Assembly (NCBI GenBank): GCA_037045355.1
Contig: JBAOHO010000013.1
Coordinates: forward strand, 271,443-335,442
DNA: 64,000 nt
Direction: 5' to 3'
From: Candidatus Nanopelagicales bacterium
GTDB taxonomy: Bacteria; Actinomycetota; Actinomycetes; S36-B12; GCA-2699445
The notes under the pieces were generated by a model, which was not told the origin of the DNA, did not search any database, and worked only from the letters and a program-made list of their open reading frames with translations. The translations under genes and the position numbers were made by a program. How positions within the stretch are numbered: the first letter of the stretch is position 1; each line of letters begins with the position of its first letter. This document shows positions 61,570 to 64,000 of this stretch, piece by piece.

Positions 61570-62373
61570 TCAACGGGGTGCGGAGGGATCCCGGGCGATC
61601 AGCGTGGAGCAACGGGAGTAGTGCGCGACGGCGCTGGCTGTCGACCCCAGCAGCAGTCGTTGGATGCCTCCTTGCCCCCGTGTTCCGAGGGCGACCAGAT
61701 CAGGGCCTTCGTCCGCGATGATGTCCAGCAGTACGGACTTCACGTTCATGGTCAGAGTGCCCCGCAGCGCCGCTGCTTCCTGAAGTGAAACGGTTGCTCC
61801 CGTATCGGCGAAAGCCGCCTGAGCCATGGAACACCCCTCCTCGGGGTGAGAGATCCCGTCGGAGACACCGAGGATCGTCACGCTGCAGGTCCCGATCCAT
61901 GGCAGTCCCGCCAACACGTCGGCTGCACGTTGCGCGTCAGGTGAGCCGTCCACGCAGAGCAGCACCTTGCGAGTGGGACGTGCGGAGCGAATGATCACAA
62001 TCGGTGCTATCGGCCGGTGAGATGACAGCAGCCACTCAGTGGTGCTGCCGATGTGCAATGCCTTCAAAGTTCCCGAGCCCCGGGGTCCGACCACGATCAA
62101 GCCGGCATCGCTGCACGAGTCGAGCATGATGCGTGGATCGGTGTTGGCCCGCAGATGCTCCAGTGTCGTGCCTTCGGCCGGTTCGAAGAGAACGCGAGGA
62201 GCGGCTGGACTCCATGGCTGCAGGGTGGTTTCCGGGGAGTCCAGCTCGCGCTGAGCCGTGGCAACAGTGATGCGCCATTGGGGCCATTGATGGTTGTTCA
62301 CCCACAACCAGGCCACGTCCGCGGATGCGGATCCATCGTCTCCGAAAACGAGCTGTGGTTGTTCCTGACTCAT
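61570..62373 (-). CDS. tandem universal stress protein (UspA) family protein
   Basis: Two USP halves. The second ends with GTRGQGGIQRLLLGSTASAV (ATP-binding G-2x-G-9x-GS). Confidence 0.8.
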   Translation of the reverse strand: MSQEQPQLVFGDDGSASADVAWLWVNNHQWPQWRITVATAQRELDSPETTLQPWSPAAPRVLFEPAEGTTLEHLRANTDPRIMLDSCSDAGLIVVGPRGSGTLKALHIGSTTEWLLSSHRPIAPIVIIRSARPTRKVLLCVDGSPDAQRAADVLAGLPWIGTCSVTILGVSDGISHPEEGCSMAQAAFADTGATVSLQEAAALRGTLTMNVKSVLLDIIADEGPDLVALGTRGQGGIQRLLLGSTASAVAHYSRCSTLIARDPSAPR

Positions 62374-62467
62374 GACTTCCTCCTGCCGTCGGTCTGTGAC
62401 ATCTGACCGTTACGTTCGTGTCAGAGGCGACCGGTGATCGGGTGAGTGCCCCGACGGCGACGTCCGA

Positions 62468-64000
62468 TTATCTCATTCGTCGTTGTGGCCACCTGTGCGC
62501 TGCATTGGGACACGACATGTCGTGTGCCGGCAGTGACCGGGTGACGAGATAGCGATTCACCCGCCGGTCCACACAACGAGACTGGGACAAGAGGTAGTCA
62601 CCGTGCTGCCCGCCCACGTAGGTCACAACCCTGCTCCGTGGGAATGCTCGGGCCATCGCGGCGGTCCACGCGTAGGGGGTCCGTGCATCCCGTGTCGAAC
62701 CGAGAAGGAGCAGTCGCGCCGACTGGTCGGTACCGAAATCGATGGGAACTGGGTCGATAGGAACAGTCAAGCCCTCACACTGGGTGGCCATCATGAGCCC
62801 GTTCTTCCACCCGGAGATCGGCGCCTGGATCCTGGTTGTCCGGGCAATCGCATCTTGCTCAGCCGCCGTGGGTCGGTCCGCATAGTCGATGCAGTCGATC
62901 ACTGCGGTGGCACCGCCCAGACCTTCGGTCGTAGTTCCGGGTCGCAACCGGTCCAAGGCCTTCCGGGCGTTGCTGGCCTCGGGGCCTGCGCCCCCCAAGG
63001 CGATCGTGATGCGGTCGAGCCACCGCGCAGCGGAGACCCAGCTCGCTGAACCAACCCGTTCGAAGCCCGCCGATTCCTCCAACAGGTTTCGCAGGTTCCA
63101 GCGAGTGAACGAGCGTCCGGAAGGCAGTCGCAGCGGTTGCTCGGACAGTGTTCGGTGCGCGCGCCGGTATTGCTCAGAGGTGCCGGCGAAGACCTGGAAC
63201 ATCATGTCGAGTGCGGAGTCGGCCGCAGTGCCGTAACCCAGGCTGAGATCGGTGATGGATCCGTTGGGGTCGATGCTTCCGTCCAGCACCAGAGCTCGGA
63301 CCCGGTCGGGAAACGTCAGTGCGTAGGTGTATCCGATCCGCGTGCCGTAACTCATCCCCCAGTAGGTCAGGCTTCGATCACCGACTGCTGCGCGCATCGC
63401 ATCGAGGTCCCGCACAACCATGTTCGTGCCCATGTGGTCGATGATTCGTGGGTGGTTGCGCTGACATCGGGCGTTCGCCTCGGCTGTGGCGGCGCGGTAG
63501 TCGGCAGTGATCGTCAGCCAGGACACAGGTCCGGTGGCAGGAAGGCCGATCTCTCCTGGTTCGCAGTCGTCGATCCCTGCGGAGCGTCCGACTCCGCGCG
63601 GGTCCCAGGTGACGAAGTCGAACCTGTCAGTGACAGTTCGCGGCAACATCTCGTAGATCATCGGTGCGGTGAGCAGACCCGAACCGCCGGGCCCACCAGG
63701 GTTGAAGAAGAGTGACCCGATGCGCCCGCGGGGTGAGCCTGTGCTGCGAGCCCGGAGCATCGCAATGGGGGTCGTGCCTTGCTCGGGCCGGTCCCAATCG
63801 AGCGCCGCAGTCAACGTGGCGCACTGGAAGTTGCGCAGCTCGGCACCACGGCACCGGCGCCATCGCAGAGTTCCGGCGGACTCTCCGCTCGCGCTGGTGA
63901 CGGTCGGCACGGAGCTGGTGGCGCCCGGCGCGGGGGCTCCGGTCGGGTAGGGCGCGGGGGCTCCGGTCGGGTAGATGGTGATGCTCGGCACGGAGGTGCC
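62468..64000 (-). CDS. secreted alpha/beta hydrolase, TAP-like (5' end probably beyond window)
   Basis: FFNPGGPGGSG oxyanion region and GMSYG nucleophile elbow. Paralog of the 786-2255 gene. The frame is still open at the window edge. Confidence 0.7.
   Translation of the reverse strand, partial: GTSVPSITIYPTGAPAPYPTGAPAPGATSSVPTVTSASGESAGTLRWRRCRGAELRNFQCATLTAALDWDRPEQGTTPIAMLRARSTGSPRGRIGSLFFNPGGPGGSGLLTAPMIYEMLPRTVTDRFDFVTWDPRGVGRSAGIDDCEPGEIGLPATGPVSWLTITADYRAATAEANARCQRNHPRIIDHMGTNMVVRDLDAMRAAVGDRSLTYWGMSYGTRIGYTYALTFPDRVRALVLDGSIDPNGSITDLSLGYGTAADSALDMMFQVFAGTSEQYRRAHRTLSEQPLRLPSGRSFTRWNLRNLLEESAGFERVGSASWVSAARWLDRITIALGGAGPEASNARKALDRLRPGTTTEGLGGATAVIDCIDYADRPTAAEQDAIARTTRIQAPISGWKNGLMMATQCEGLTVPIDPVPIDFGTDQSARLLLLGSTRDARTPYAWTAAMARAFPRSRVVTYVGGQHGDYLLSQSRCVDRRVNRYLVTRSLPAHDMSCPNAAHRWPQRRMR
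63928..63975. repeat. 24-bp tandem duplication inside the coding region (YPTGAPAP x2)
   Basis: gcgcgggggctccggtcgggtagg occurs twice, read directly from the sequence. Confidence 0.85.

Overview
High-GC actinobacterial chromosomal window. The gene order clpS-DUF2017-mec-cysM-murI-MBL-rph-rdgB at 54.6-60.0 kb mirrors M. tuberculosis Rv1331-Rv1341. The content looks Propionibacteriales-like, but the taxon is not proven. I support about 55 densely packed protein-coding genes, mostly core metabolism, transport and cell envelope. These include APC, SLC13, POT, YfcC-type and ABC transporters, arcA/arcB, aroA/rsgA, hisN, ung, tnaA-like lyase, DEAD-box helicase, WhiB, thioredoxin and an unusually high number of peptidoglycan enzymes. 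I saw no rRNA, tRNA, CRISPR, transposase, integrase, phage or recognisable defence genes, so I cannot point to a classical accessory island or a novel multi-gene system. Four things stand out. (1) pckG (35761-37608) is complete and well conserved but carries 18 single-base +1 insertions, with no deletions and no internal stops in the restored frame. (2) +1 breaks of the same kind occur in the SHOCT, DUF2017 and mec genes. cysO is reduced to a short remnant, aroA reads in frame into rsgA, and a P450 gene carries a -1 slip in a G-run. (3) At least 14 short tandem-repeat arrays are present, and five unrelated arrays all have a 21-bp period. Nearly all sit in 5' or intergenic regions. One encodes a His-rich heptad tail on an M20 dipeptidase, and another is a 10-copy 11-bp phased CTGATCG array. 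(4) Several gene pairings are unstudied: a paralogous hypothetical pair, a membrane peptide/amine oxidase/tryptophanase operon, and a peptidoglycan-hydrolase cluster. The frame breaks may be assembly artefacts, and read-level checks are needed before any biological interpretation. All coordinates, counts and motif calls come from hand reading of the sequence and the ORF track. No database search was run.
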